Virus record (IMG/VR): IMGVR_UViG_3300044513_000589
From: an uncultured virus (IMG/VR IMGVR_UViG_3300044513_000589)
Lineage: Duplodnaviria; Heunggongvirae; Uroviricota; Caudoviricetes
DNA: 64,000 nt
Strand: one strand, 5' to 3'
Each line of letters begins with the position of its first letter. The first letter of the stretch is position 1. Positions 29,048 to 39,167 of this stretch are shown piece by piece. The position numbers and the translations under genes are program-made. The notes below the pieces were generated by a model, which searched no databases, was not told the origin of the DNA, and saw only the letters and a list, made by a program, of their open reading frames with translations.

Positions 29048-32000
29048 GTTACCTGAGGAAGCCCCAAACCTTCTCAGACCACCAACAAACATCTTCCCTC
29101 TTCAGATCGGAGACGTTGTTTTGGAAGCTACTTCCAACACTGTTCTCACGATGAAGTTGAAGGGAACTGATGGTGTTGTTAGAAACTTTGACGTTGGTGG
29201 TGGTGCTTCCTCCATCGGTACAGAATATGATGTTAGGATGGTTACCACTTCTGGTGGTGCCATCTTTAGACTGACATCATCGTACTCTGTTGTTGATGAT
29301 ATTACCTTTGCTGAGACTGCTAACCAAGTTAGAGTCTACTATACTAATGACGATACCGTTACGTTTGGTCTCGCGAATGATGTAACCATTCCAAACGATC
29401 TGGTAGTCACAGGTAATCTCACAGTCAATGGCGCGACCACGACTGTGAATTCGACGACTGTCACAATTGATGACAAGACATTTGAACTAGGTTCTACCGC
29501 TACCCCGACTGATGCTGGAGCCGATGGGGGCGGGATCGTTCTTAAGGGAACCTCAGATAAAACTATTCTTTGGTCCAACGTCAATGACGCTTGGACATTC
29601 AATCAGAATATCTATCCTGACGTGGATAGCACTTGGGACTTGGGTGCCACGGGTACCCGCTGGGCTAATATCTATGCTGATGCCGCTAACATTACAGCGA
29701 TTACGGGGGCGTTAACAGGTAATGCTTCTACAGCTACTGCGCTTGAGACTGCTCGCGACATTAGTGGGATTAGTTTTAACGGTACTTCTGATATTACTCT
29801 CGTCACCGACAATATCCAAGAGAGTGTCACTCCCACAAATGTCTACTTCACAAACACCAGAGCGCGTGCTGCTGTCTCGGCAACCGACGCAGGTGGTGAC
29901 GGATCTTTTGCCTATAACTCCACCTCAGGTGTATTTACATATACTGGACCTAGCGCAGCAGAAACCCGTGCCCATTTCTCAGGTGGTACAGGAGTTTCAA
30001 TCACCAGTGGTGTAGTTGCTATCGGTCAAGCCGTTGGAACTACTGACAGTGTACAGTTTGCTAGCATCACTGGTCCCCTGACTGGTAATGCTTCAACCGC
30101 AACTACGCTTGAAACTGCTAGAACAATCAATGGCATTTCCTTTAACGGAAGCGCAAATATTACGTTGGACCTGGATGATATTTCGGAAGCCGCGGTATCT
30201 CCAACCAATCTGTTCTTCACTAATGAAAGAGTTGACGATCGTGTAGCGGTTCTCCTTCAAGGTGGAACAGGCATCAATAAAACATATGATGATGCTAACG
30301 ATCAACTGACACTCGCTGTCGATTTTTCTGAGTTTGACACTGATTCTGTTGTTGAAGGTAGCACTAATATCTACTTCACTAATGCTAGAGCACGTAGCGC
30401 AATCTCGCTTGTAGACAATGGTGGAGACGGTTCTCTTACTTACAATGCTACTTCTGGTCAGTTTGATTATACTGGTCCCAGCGCTGCCGAAGTCCGTGCC
30501 CACATTTCTGTCACTGATCTTGGTGGTGATGGATCTCTCGCTTATGATTCTGCTACTGGCGTCATCACCTACACTGGTGGCTCTGCTGCTGAAACTCGTC
30601 AACACCTCAGTAGTGGCACTGGTGTCACGTATTCAGCAGTCTCTGGTCAGATTTCTATCGGTCAAGATGTTGCTACTAATTCCAATGTAACATTTGCTGA
30701 TATTACATCTGGTGGTGCTGGTCCTAGATCGTTGCTTCTCCAGAACACAGACAACGTTGGTACAGTAGATAGTGCTGCGAACATCACGTTCAAGCATAGT
30801 GGCATTGACTTTACCTCTGACTCTATTGTTGCGGATGGTAATGACCTGGGTCACATCGACTTCAGAAACAACGGTGGCTCTATTATTGCCCAGTTTGGTT
30901 TCCGTAAGCGTAACACCGCAACATCTAAAGTCGCGTTTGAAATTGATACAAACAACGATGGAACTCCAGAGTTTGAAGTTTCTGATAGCAACATCAACTT
31001 CTCCTCGTCTAACATCGGCATCACCGCAGGATCTGGATACACAGTAAATGCTGAGCAGTCTATTGTTAACTTTGCTGCTGATGATGCTCTCCTCGGTCCC
31101 ACCTTCATTCTTAGAAGAGAAAGTGCTTCTGCTGCTGTTGCTGATCAACTTGGTGCCATCGTGTTTAGTGGCAGAAATGCTGCTAATACCACCGACCTAT
31201 ATTATGGAAACATCCGAACTGACATTCACCTGACTGCTGATGGATCCGAAAGAGGTCTGATGAGACTTCAGACCATGGATGCTGGTGCTCTGTATGACAC
31301 TCTTGTCCTTAGAGGTCAACTGGTTGGTTTGGGTATTGATGATCCTGCTGGTCAATTCCACGTCAAAGGAAATGACACGACTGACCAGATCATTATTGAG
31401 AACACAACTAACTCTTCTACTACCGCTCCTGACCTTGTTCTCTACAAGTCGGGCACTATCGGTGTAGGACACCAGCCTGGTCGTATTGACTTCAGAGGTA
31501 GAAATGCTAATAATGATGCTAACGTTAACTACGGCGGCATCTTTGCTGAGGTTGAATCTACTACCAATGGTCAAGAAGGTGGAGCAATTAAGTTCCTGAC
31601 ATCCCAGTTTGGTACCCTCACTGAAGCCGCTCGAATCAACTCGCAAGGTAACCTCGTTCTTCAGGCAGATAAGGGTATTGACTTTGGCAACCAAACCTCA
31701 CTTATTGGTGCCACTAGAGAAGTCCTTGATCACTATGAAGAAGGTAGTTTCGATGCTACCCCATACTTTGCCAATACAAACAGAGCGGGTATGTCAAATA
31801 CTTCTACTGGCTACTACACCAAAGTCGGTAGAATGGTTCACGTGTATGCCAAGATGGTTGTCAATATCCTTGACAATAGTTTGATTGGTGGTGAACTGAG
31901 ATTCCCACTGCCATTCCAACCTGACGTTTCCTGTAGTGATAATGCTGTACAGCGCGTTATCATGGAGAATGATTCGGGTCACTTCCTGAATACTGCCCAG

Positions 32001-32180
32001 GCAATCTTCTTGGATGACTCCAGAGATATGATTGTTACTCATGCTGGCTCTCAGAATCAGTACGTTCTTCTCCAAGGCATGAGCGCTGACTATCAGAGAG
32101 GTTCTCTGATTAGCTCTAGCAACTGTGCTATTGGTCTCGGTACCGTGTTTGTTGATTTTACATATAGAACTTCCGCATAA
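29028..32180 (+). CDS. Second tail-fibre-like protein with internal repeats
   Basis: VTGNLTVNGATTTVNSTTV, TGNASTAT.LETAR x2, N.YFTN.RAR / GGDGS..Y...G..TYTG.SAAE.R.H repeats, LDHYEEG..YTKVGRMV tip; CTAAATA at 28991-28997. Confidence 0.8.
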   Translation: MSLTIRKLPEEAPNLLRPPTNIFPLQIGDVVLEATSNTVLTMKLKGTDGVVRNFDVGGGASSIGTEYDVRMVTTSGGAIFRLTSSYSVVDDITFAETANQVRVYYTNDDTVTFGLANDVTIPNDLVVTGNLTVNGATTTVNSTTVTIDDKTFELGSTATPTDAGADGGGIVLKGTSDKTILWSNVNDAWTFNQNIYPDVDSTWDLGATGTRWANIYADAANITAITGALTGNASTATALETARDISGISFNGTSDITLVTDNIQESVTPTNVYFTNTRARAAVSATDAGGDGSFAYNSTSGVFTYTGPSAAETRAHFSGGTGVSITSGVVAIGQAVGTTDSVQFASITGPLTGNASTATTLETARTINGISFNGSANITLDLDDISEAAVSPTNLFFTNERVDDRVAVLLQGGTGINKTYDDANDQLTLAVDFSEFDTDSVVEGSTNIYFTNARARSAISLVDNGGDGSLTYNATSGQFDYTGPSAAEVRAHISVTDLGGDGSLAYDSATGVITYTGGSAAETRQHLSSGTGVTYSAVSGQISIGQDVATNSNVTFADITSGGAGPRSLLLQNTDNVGTVDSAANITFKHSGIDFTSDSIVADGNDLGHIDFRNNGGSIIAQFGFRKRNTATSKVAFEIDTNNDGTPEFEVSDSNINFSSSNIGITAGSGYTVNAEQSIVNFAADDALLGPTFILRRESASAAVADQLGAIVFSGRNAANTTDLYYGNIRTDIHLTADGSERGLMRLQTMDAGALYDTLVLRGQLVGLGIDDPAGQFHVKGNDTTDQIIIENTTNSSTTAPDLVLYKSGTIGVGHQPGRIDFRGRNANNDANVNYGGIFAEVESTTNGQEGGAIKFLTSQFGTLTEAARINSQGNLVLQADKGIDFGNQTSLIGATREVLDHYEEGSFDATPYFANTNRAGMSNTSTGYYTKVGRMVHVYAKMVVNILDNSLIGGELRFPLPFQPDVSCSDNAVQRVIMENDSGHFLNTAQAIFLDDSRDMIVTHAGSQNQYVLLQGMSADYQRGSLISSSNCAIGLGTVFVDFTYRTSA

Positions 32181-33862
32181 TGTCTCAAGATTTTTATCTT
32201 GGTAATCCCAACCTCAAAAAGGTTGGGACTGCCATTGAGTTCACTAAAGAACAGATTGAAGAATACCTGAAGTGTAAGGAAGATCCCGTATACTTTGCGA
32301 TGAACTATGTCAAGATTATCTCTCTTGACGAGGGCGTCGTGCCGTTTAAGATGTGGGATTTCCAGAAAGATCTTATCAAGAATTTCCACGAGAATAGATT
32401 TAATATCGCAAAGTTGCCGCGACAGACTGGTAAGTCTACTACCTGTGTGTCGTACCTACTTCACTATGCCTTGTTTAATGACAACGTAAACATCGGTATC
32501 CTGGCAAACAAACTGTCCACTGCCCGCGACCTGCTGGGAAGATTACAGTTGGCTTACGAGCAGTTGCCATTGTGGATGCAACAGGGTATAGTTGTGTACA
32601 ACAAAGGATCAATGGAGCTTGAGAATGGCAGTAAGATACTGGCAGCTTCTACATCTGCGTCTGCTATCCGAGGCATGTCGTTTAACATCATCTTCCTCGA
32701 TGAGTTTGCGTTCATTCCAAACCATATTGCGGAGCAATTCTTTGCCTCTGTTTATCCTACTATTACTTCTGGTAAAAGCACAAAAGTCATCATCATCTCC
32801 ACCCCAAATGGAATGAACCACTTCTACAAGTTGTGGGTGGACGCACAGAAAGGTAGAAACGGATATACTTGGACTGAGGTTCACTGGTCACTTGTACCAG
32901 GAAGAGATGCGGAGTGGAAGAAGACCACTATTGCTAACACATCAGAACGACAGTTCACTCAGGAATTTGAGTGTGAGTTCTTAGGATCTGTTGATACACT
33001 GATCCATGCTTCTAAATTAAGAACGCTAGTTTACGATGATCCCATCACAAGCCATAAAGGTTTGGATGTATATCAAAATGCTGTGGAAAACCATGACTAT
33101 ATCGTGTGCGTTGACGTGTCTCGTGGATTATCACAGGACTATAGTGCGTTTGTAGTTATAGACATTACACAGGCTCCATGGGCATTGGTAGCAAAGTATA
33201 GGGATCATGACATCAGACCTATGCTCTTACCGAATGTTATTCAAAGAGTTGCGTCAAGTTATAATAACGCTTACGTATTAGTAGAGGTTAATGACATTGG
33301 TGAGGCAGTTGCTTCCATGCTTCACTATGACATTGAGTATGAAAATGTATTGATGTGCGCTATGCGTGGGCGTGCTGGTCAGATTGTTGGACATGGATTC
33401 TCTGGTGGTAAGACACAGATGGGTGTCAAGATGTCTAAGACTGTCAAAGCGCAAGGATGCTCTAACCTTAAGACCCTGATTGAAGATGATAAGTTACTGG
33501 TCAAAGACTACAATATCATTTCAGAGTTGACAACTTTCATCCAAAACAAGCAATCATTTGAGGCTGATGAAGGTCATAATGATGACCTAGTTATGTGCCT
33601 GGTTATTTTTGCCTGGCTTGTTCAGCAAGAATACTTCAAAGAGATGACGGATCAAGATATCCGTAAGCGCATCTATGAAGAACAGAAGAATCAAATTGAA
33701 CAAGACATGGCGCCATTTGGATTTATCCTAAATGGTATTGATGATGAAGAGCAAATTGTTGATACGGAAGGTAACATCTGGACTGCTGATATGACAGATA
33801 GTGAGGCTAGATGGAACCTAGATGAGTATGGTGACAGATCATTCATGTGGGAGTTCCGTTGA
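32180..33862 (+). CDS. g17: Terminase large subunit gp17
   Basis: YLGNPNLK, PRQTGKS Walker A, IFLDEFAF Walker B, STPNG, HNDDLVM. Confidence 0.97.
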   Translation: MSQDFYLGNPNLKKVGTAIEFTKEQIEEYLKCKEDPVYFAMNYVKIISLDEGVVPFKMWDFQKDLIKNFHENRFNIAKLPRQTGKSTTCVSYLLHYALFNDNVNIGILANKLSTARDLLGRLQLAYEQLPLWMQQGIVVYNKGSMELENGSKILAASTSASAIRGMSFNIIFLDEFAFIPNHIAEQFFASVYPTITSGKSTKVIIISTPNGMNHFYKLWVDAQKGRNGYTWTEVHWSLVPGRDAEWKKTTIANTSERQFTQEFECEFLGSVDTLIHASKLRTLVYDDPITSHKGLDVYQNAVENHDYIVCVDVSRGLSQDYSAFVVIDITQAPWALVAKYRDHDIRPMLLPNVIQRVASSYNNAYVLVEVNDIGEAVASMLHYDIEYENVLMCAMRGRAGQIVGHGFSGGKTQMGVKMSKTVKAQGCSNLKTLIEDDKLLVKDYNIISELTTFIQNKQSFEADEGHNDDLVMCLVIFAWLVQQEYFKEMTDQDIRKRIYEEQKNQIEQDMAPFGFILNGIDDEEQIVDTEGNIWTADMTDSEARWNLDEYGDRSFMWEFR

Positions 33863-33875
33863 GACTGTGATTTTA

Positions 33876-33882
33876 ATAAATA
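33876..33882 (+). promoter_or_regulatory. Late promoter ATAAATA for g18
   Basis: Intergenic, followed by an AGGAG SD. Confidence 0.65.
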
Positions 33883-33922
33883 ATTTTAGACAAATTGAAA
33901 TCTTTCATCAGGAGTACCACGC

Positions 33923-35911
33923 ATGGCTAGCACGCTTCTCTCGCCAGGAGTAGCGATTCAAGAGAGAGACCTAACTCTTGGATCCGTCGAGACTGTAGAA
34001 ACTAATGTTGGCGCCATCGTTGGCGCGTTTCAGAAAGGACCTGTAGGTGTCCCAACAAGAGTCTCTAGCGAGTCTGACCTCCTTAACGTTTTTGGTCAAC
34101 CCAACGATTCCAATGCTGGTACGTGGTGGGTAGCTTCTAGTTTCCTTTCCTATGGCGGCGTTCTTGACGTTGTTCGTGCTGCTGGTTCTGGACTCCTTAA
34201 TGCCCGCGTAGGCGGCACTGGCGTTCTGATTGAGAACGAAGCTGACTACGAAGGTAACTTCTACTTCCCCACTGGTGCTAACACTAATGCCTGGGAATAT
34301 GCTGCTAAGGAATCTGGCACATATGGCAATTCCCTGAGAGTCGCTACTATTGATCGTGGCGCTGATCAGAACCTGTACTTGGCTACAACACCTGTCGCAA
34401 CGATCAACCCTGGCGATTTGATCGCGAACGCAGCTGCTACCAAGACTGCTTATGTTCATGCCTGGGATGCTACCGCCCGCAGACTGTCTATCATCTGGGC
34501 AACTGGTGGTCGTTGGACTGCTTCTGCTAATGGTGGTGACTCTCTCGATGATGGTTCCGATCCAGATGTAACGATTTCTTCGGAAATGGATTGGTACAGT
34601 GAGCAGGAAATTTATCCTGGTCTTCGCTGGAACCAACTCGCTGGTCGCCCTGGCACCTCCCTGTATGTTGGAGATCGCGGTGGCGCTTTCGATGAAATCC
34701 ACGCTGTAGTCTATGACGTTGACGGTGGTGTAACTGGCACTCCTCTGACTGTCCTTGAGAAGTTCCTCTATGGCTCCAAGGCATCTGATGCTAAGACCAC
34801 TGAAGGATCTGCTAACTACTATCCTGGTAACATCAAGAACGGTTCTGCCTACGTTTACTGGGGCAAGCACGAAGCTGATGTCTGGGATGTTTCCGCCAAC
34901 GCTTTTGCGACTGGTGGTGGTAACCTCGGCGCTGTTTCTGGCACAACCTTCGATGTTATCGGTAGAGTAAACTACGTTCTCTCTGCTGGTGCCGACGCCT
35001 ACAACCTGAGCGATGCTGAGGTTCTGTCTGGTTACGATATGCTCTCTGACAGTGAGACTGTCGCCGTTGATTACCTGCTGATGGGTGACTCTGGTTCGAG
35101 CAGAACTGCTTCCCTGGCTAAAGCAGCACGAGTTCTTCAGATTGCTTCTGCTAGAAAAGATTGTATCGGTTTTGTTTCCGCTCACCGCACTGACGTTGTT
35201 GGTGTTTCGGATAGCATGACCGCTACCAACAACATGATCAACTACTTCGATCAACTCCAATCCACCTCTTATGGTGTATTCGATGCTGGTTGGAAGTATG
35301 TTTATGATCGCTTCAATGATAAGTATCGCTGGGTCCCATGTAACGGTGACGTTGCTGGTCTCTGCGCTGCTACTACAGCCAATGGTGATCCTTGGTTCTC
35401 TCCTGCTGGTTTGAACCGTGGTGCCATTCGCAATGCTATCAAGCTTGCTTATTCGCCTAAGAGATCTGAGCGCGATGCCCTTTATCAGGCACGCATCAAC
35501 CCTGTTACCAGCCTGCCTGGTCAGGGCATCATCCTCTTCGGTGACAAGACCGCTCTCGCTTCACCATCTGCTTTTGATCGCATCAATGTTCGTCGCCTCT
35601 TCCTCGTCGTTGAGAAGACTATTAGCAATGCTGCGAAGGGAGTCCTGTTTGAACTGAACGACGAGTTCACCAGAAACAACTTCAACAATGTTGTTGAACC
35701 ATTCCTGCGCGAGATTCAAGCTCGTCGCGGTGTAACTGATTTCCTGGTGGTTTGTGATGCATCAAACAACACTACCGCAGTGATTGATGCTAACGAGTTT
35801 GTGGCTGAGATTTACATCAAGCCAGCACGCTCGATCAACTTCATCACCCTTACATTCGTTGCTACCCGTAGTGGTGTTAGCTTCGATGAAGTAGTCCCCC
35901 GCAGAGTTTAA
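33923..35911 (+). CDS. g18: Tail sheath protein gp18
   Basis: LLSPGV, PWFSPAG.NRG, FDRINVRRLF, IKPARSINFITL. Confidence 0.97.
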   Translation: MASTLLSPGVAIQERDLTLGSVETVETNVGAIVGAFQKGPVGVPTRVSSESDLLNVFGQPNDSNAGTWWVASSFLSYGGVLDVVRAAGSGLLNARVGGTGVLIENEADYEGNFYFPTGANTNAWEYAAKESGTYGNSLRVATIDRGADQNLYLATTPVATINPGDLIANAAATKTAYVHAWDATARRLSIIWATGGRWTASANGGDSLDDGSDPDVTISSEMDWYSEQEIYPGLRWNQLAGRPGTSLYVGDRGGAFDEIHAVVYDVDGGVTGTPLTVLEKFLYGSKASDAKTTEGSANYYPGNIKNGSAYVYWGKHEADVWDVSANAFATGGGNLGAVSGTTFDVIGRVNYVLSAGADAYNLSDAEVLSGYDMLSDSETVAVDYLLMGDSGSSRTASLAKAARVLQIASARKDCIGFVSAHRTDVVGVSDSMTATNNMINYFDQLQSTSYGVFDAGWKYVYDRFNDKYRWVPCNGDVAGLCAATTANGDPWFSPAGLNRGAIRNAIKLAYSPKRSERDALYQARINPVTSLPGQGIILFGDKTALASPSAFDRINVRRLFLVVEKTISNAAKGVLFELNDEFTRNNFNNVVEPFLREIQARRGVTDFLVVCDASNNTTAVIDANEFVAEIYIKPARSINFITLTFVATRSGVSFDEVVPRRV

Positions 35912-35931
35912 TTAAAGGAGAGTAACTAACA

Positions 35932-36537
35932 ATGGCTGAAGTATCCGCACTAGGCGTACTTAATTTCCAATCTAAGATTAGGGGCGGCGTACGCCCTAAT
36001 CTGTTCTCGGTTGATCACGACTGGCCAACTGGGGAAGGTTTCAGCGCCCCCGACACAGACATGGTATCTCTCTTTTGTAAGAGTGCTGCCCTGCCTGCTA
36101 CCTCGGTAGGTACTGTTGAACTTCCTTTCCGTGGTCGTGTCATCAAAGTTCCTGGCGACAGAACTTATGAATCCTGGACCGCAACCTTCTACATGGACGA
36201 CGCATTCAAACTGCGCGGCGCCTATGAGAAGTGGATCGAACTGACCAACGCTGTAGATGCTAACGTTTCCTCATCGTCGATTGACAATGTTCTGAGAAAT
36301 GTAACCATCACTCAACTGGATAAGTTCAACAATCCTTCGGACAAAGGTTTCACTTCGATTCGTTCTTACAAGCTGGTCAAGGCATTCCCTGTCAGCGTAA
36401 GCCAAGTTTCGGTTGCCTACGACAACAACGATTCCTACGAGGAATTTGATGTTGAGTTTGCTTACCAGTTCTTTGAGACTAACGAAGAGCAAGGCGGTGG
36501 CGGTAATACGCAGACTGCTAAAATCTCCGTTATCTGA
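35932..36537 (+). CDS. g19: Tail tube protein gp19
   Basis: RPNLFSV, PFRGR..K.PGDRT...W, EEFDVEFAY. Confidence 0.94.
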   Translation: MAEVSALGVLNFQSKIRGGVRPNLFSVDHDWPTGEGFSAPDTDMVSLFCKSAALPATSVGTVELPFRGRVIKVPGDRTYESWTATFYMDDAFKLRGAYEKWIELTNAVDANVSSSSIDNVLRNVTITQLDKFNNPSDKGFTSIRSYKLVKAFPVSVSQVSVAYDNNDSYEEFDVEFAYQFFETNEEQGGGGNTQTAKISVI

Positions 36538-36542
36538 AGCAA

Positions 36543-36549
36543 CTAAATA
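36543..36549 (+). promoter_or_regulatory. Late promoter CTAAATA for g20
   Basis: Intergenic AACTAAATA. Confidence 0.55.
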
Positions 36550-36577
36550 GTCGAGTAGGAACGTCCCACATTATACG

Positions 36578-38206
36578 ATGGCAGAACTTTTTGGTTTTTC
36601 ATTCAAGAAGAGGGAGGAGGCAAAGCGTAGCGCACCTTCTCCCGTTGCCCCTTCTGCCGAAGACGGAGCCACGAGCTTTATCGCAGGTGGTTACTATGGT
36701 CAGTACGTAGATCTTGATGGAAACTTCAAGACCGAGTATGACATGGTTACCAAGTATCGCCAAATGGCGATGCATCCTGAAGTAGATTCTGCCATCGAGG
36801 ACATTCTACAAGAAGCTATCGTTACAGATTTGAACGATACTCCTGTTCAGATTAATCTTGACAACTTGGAAGTATCCGAGAGCGTCAAGACTATGATGCG
36901 TAACGAATTCGATTACGTAAAAACTCTGCTAGGTTTTGATACAAAAGCCCATGAGATGTTCCGTCGCTGGTACATTGATGGGCGTTTGTATTATCATAAG
37001 GTAATTGATTTGAACAAGCCTCAGGATGGTATCCTGGAGCTGCGCTACATTGATCCACAGAAGATCAAAAAGATTCGTCAGATTCAGAAGAATCCGAAGA
37101 ACACTGAAGAGTTCATGAAGTTGGACTTCGGTAAAATCGACGAATACTTCCTATACAACCCCAAAGGTCTTAACAATACCTCTGCGAATTCTGGTATCAA
37201 GATTGCCAAAGACGCTATCGCGTATGTAACGTCTGGCATCATGGATACCAATAGAAATATCGTATTGTCTTATCTCCATAAGGCAATCAAGGTACTCAAT
37301 CAACTTCAAATGATTGAGGACTCTTTGGTTATCTACCGTATCTCTCGCGCACCCGAGCGTAGAATTTTCTACATCGATGTGGGCAACCTACCTAAGGTCA
37401 AGGCGGAACAGTATCTTAGGGAAGTGATGGGTCGCTATCGCAACAAGCTTGTGTACGATGCCAACACAGGTGAGATCCGTGACGATAGAAAATACATGTC
37501 CATGTTGGAAGACTTCTGGCTTCCAAGACGCGAGGGAGGGCGCGGGACAGAAATTACTACTCTTCCTGGCGGGCAGAACCTCGGAGAACTGACAGACATT
37601 CAGTATTTCCAAACTAAACTCTACAAAGCTCTTAACGTTCCTGCTGGTAGACTCGATTCAAATACCAGTTTCAATCTTGGTAGATCCTCTGAGATCATGC
37701 GCGATGAACTCAAGTTCACCAAGTTTGTAGGAAGGCTGCGTAAGAAGTTTAGCGAACTGTTTCAAGACGTTCTTAAGACTCAACTGATCCTCAAGGGTGT
37801 TATCACTCCTGAAGATTGGGAGGATATGAAGGAGCATGTACAGTATGACTACTTATATGACAATCACTTCACAGAACTTAAGAATATCGAGATGCTGAAC
37901 GAGAAGCTCGGCGTCATCGCTCAGATGGAACCCTACATGGGACGCTACTTCTCTACGGAATATGTTCGCACTGAGATCCTCAATCAAACTGAGCCTCAGA
38001 TGAGAGAACTTGATGATCAAATGGCTGACGATATCAAGCAGGGTCGCATTATCAATCCTCTTGATCAAGTTGCTATGGATCAGACTGCTATGGATATGGA
38101 ACAAGACAATGCCGCGTTGGATCAAGAACTGAAAAAGGCTCAGATCCAGCAAGCAAAGAATCCACCCAAGCCTGCGGCAAGTTCAAATTCCAAAACAAAT
38201 AAATAA
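36578..38206 (+). CDS. g20: Portal protein gp20
   Basis: YRISRAPERRIFYIDVGNLP, EDFWLPRREGGRGTEI. Confidence 0.98.
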   Translation: MAELFGFSFKKREEAKRSAPSPVAPSAEDGATSFIAGGYYGQYVDLDGNFKTEYDMVTKYRQMAMHPEVDSAIEDILQEAIVTDLNDTPVQINLDNLEVSESVKTMMRNEFDYVKTLLGFDTKAHEMFRRWYIDGRLYYHKVIDLNKPQDGILELRYIDPQKIKKIRQIQKNPKNTEEFMKLDFGKIDEYFLYNPKGLNNTSANSGIKIAKDAIAYVTSGIMDTNRNIVLSYLHKAIKVLNQLQMIEDSLVIYRISRAPERRIFYIDVGNLPKVKAEQYLREVMGRYRNKLVYDANTGEIRDDRKYMSMLEDFWLPRREGGRGTEITTLPGGQNLGELTDIQYFQTKLYKALNVPAGRLDSNTSFNLGRSSEIMRDELKFTKFVGRLRKKFSELFQDVLKTQLILKGVITPEDWEDMKEHVQYDYLYDNHFTELKNIEMLNEKLGVIAQMEPYMGRYFSTEYVRTEILNQTEPQMRELDDQMADDIKQGRIINPLDQVAMDQTAMDMEQDNAALDQELKKAQIQQAKNPPKPAASSNSKTNK

Positions 38207-38225
38207 AATATAGTCAAGATTTATT

Positions 38226-38492
38226 ATGTCTACACAAGAACGAGATATCGTTGATTTGCTCTGGGACAATGACCAAGCGGACGCTCTGGTAAAACTGAAG
38301 GACATGCTAAGTGTTAAAGCTGCTATGGCAGTTGACGCATCTAAGCAAGACATAGCAAATGCTATGTTTCCCCATGTTCCTGAAGAAGGAGATGTAGAGC
38401 CCGACAGGGAAGAGATCGAAAACCCAGAAGCTACCGCTGAAACTGAAGAACCCGAACAGGAAAACGATGAAACTGATCACGGAACAGATTGA
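38226..38492 (+). CDS. Small acidic protein, probable prohead core component
   Basis: Between g20 and g21; Glu-rich tail; ATAAATA at 38199-38205. Confidence 0.6.
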   Translation: MSTQERDIVDLLWDNDQADALVKLKDMLSVKAAMAVDASKQDIANAMFPHVPEEGDVEPDREEIENPEATAETEEPEQENDETDHGTD

Positions 38493-39114
38493 ATCCATTG
38501 AGATTCTTACCGAAGAAACCGACGGTAAGAAGAATACTTTTATCAAGGGAATCTTTCTTCAAACAGAAATTACCAACCGTAATGGTCGTATGTACAAGTA
38601 CGATACCATGAATCGTGAGGTACAGAAGTACACTGAAGAATTTGTTAAGCGTGGTCGCGCTCTTGGTGAGTTGGGTCATCCAGATGGTCCAACTATTAAT
38701 CTTGACCGAGTAAGCCACAAGATTGTGGAGCTTGTCCCTGAAGGTACTAACTTCATTGGCAAGGCAAAGTTGCTCGATACACCTATGGGTAAGATTGCCC
38801 AGTCCCTCTTGGACGAAGGTGTACAACTGGGAGTCTCTTCTAGAGGTCTCGGTTCAATCAAGCGTGAAGGTACTACCAACGTTGTTGGTGATGACTTCAT
38901 TCTTGCCACTGCTGCTGATATCGTAGCAGATCCTTCCGCCCCCGATGCTTTCGTCGAAGGCATCTATGAGGGACGTGAGTGGGTTATGGTTGATGGAAGA
39001 CTCAAAGAGTCTCACCTCGATGCTATCAAGCACGCTCTTGATAACGCACCAAACCCCCTGGAACTTCAAGAAAGAAAAATTTCCGCGTTCGCGGAATTCT
39101 TAAGAAGTCTCTAA
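38467..39114 (+). CDS. g21: Prohead protease gp21
   Basis: MKLITE, NRNGRMY, ALGELGHP, GVSSRG, DPSAPDAFV. Confidence 0.96.
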   Translation: MKLITEQIESIEILTEETDGKKNTFIKGIFLQTEITNRNGRMYKYDTMNREVQKYTEEFVKRGRALGELGHPDGPTINLDRVSHKIVELVPEGTNFIGKAKLLDTPMGKIAQSLLDEGVQLGVSSRGLGSIKREGTTNVVGDDFILATAADIVADPSAPDAFVEGIYEGREWVMVDGRLKESHLDAIKHALDNAPNPLELQERKISAFAEFLRSL

Positions 39115-39116
39115 TT

Positions 39117-39124
39117 TATAAATA
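39117..39124 (+). promoter_or_regulatory. Late promoter TATAAATA for g22-g23
   Basis: Exact consensus, with an overlapping second ATAAATA. Confidence 0.75.
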
Positions 39125-39167
39125 AATATAGCAAATTACCGCAGTCTTTTATTCGTAGGAGCAAACA

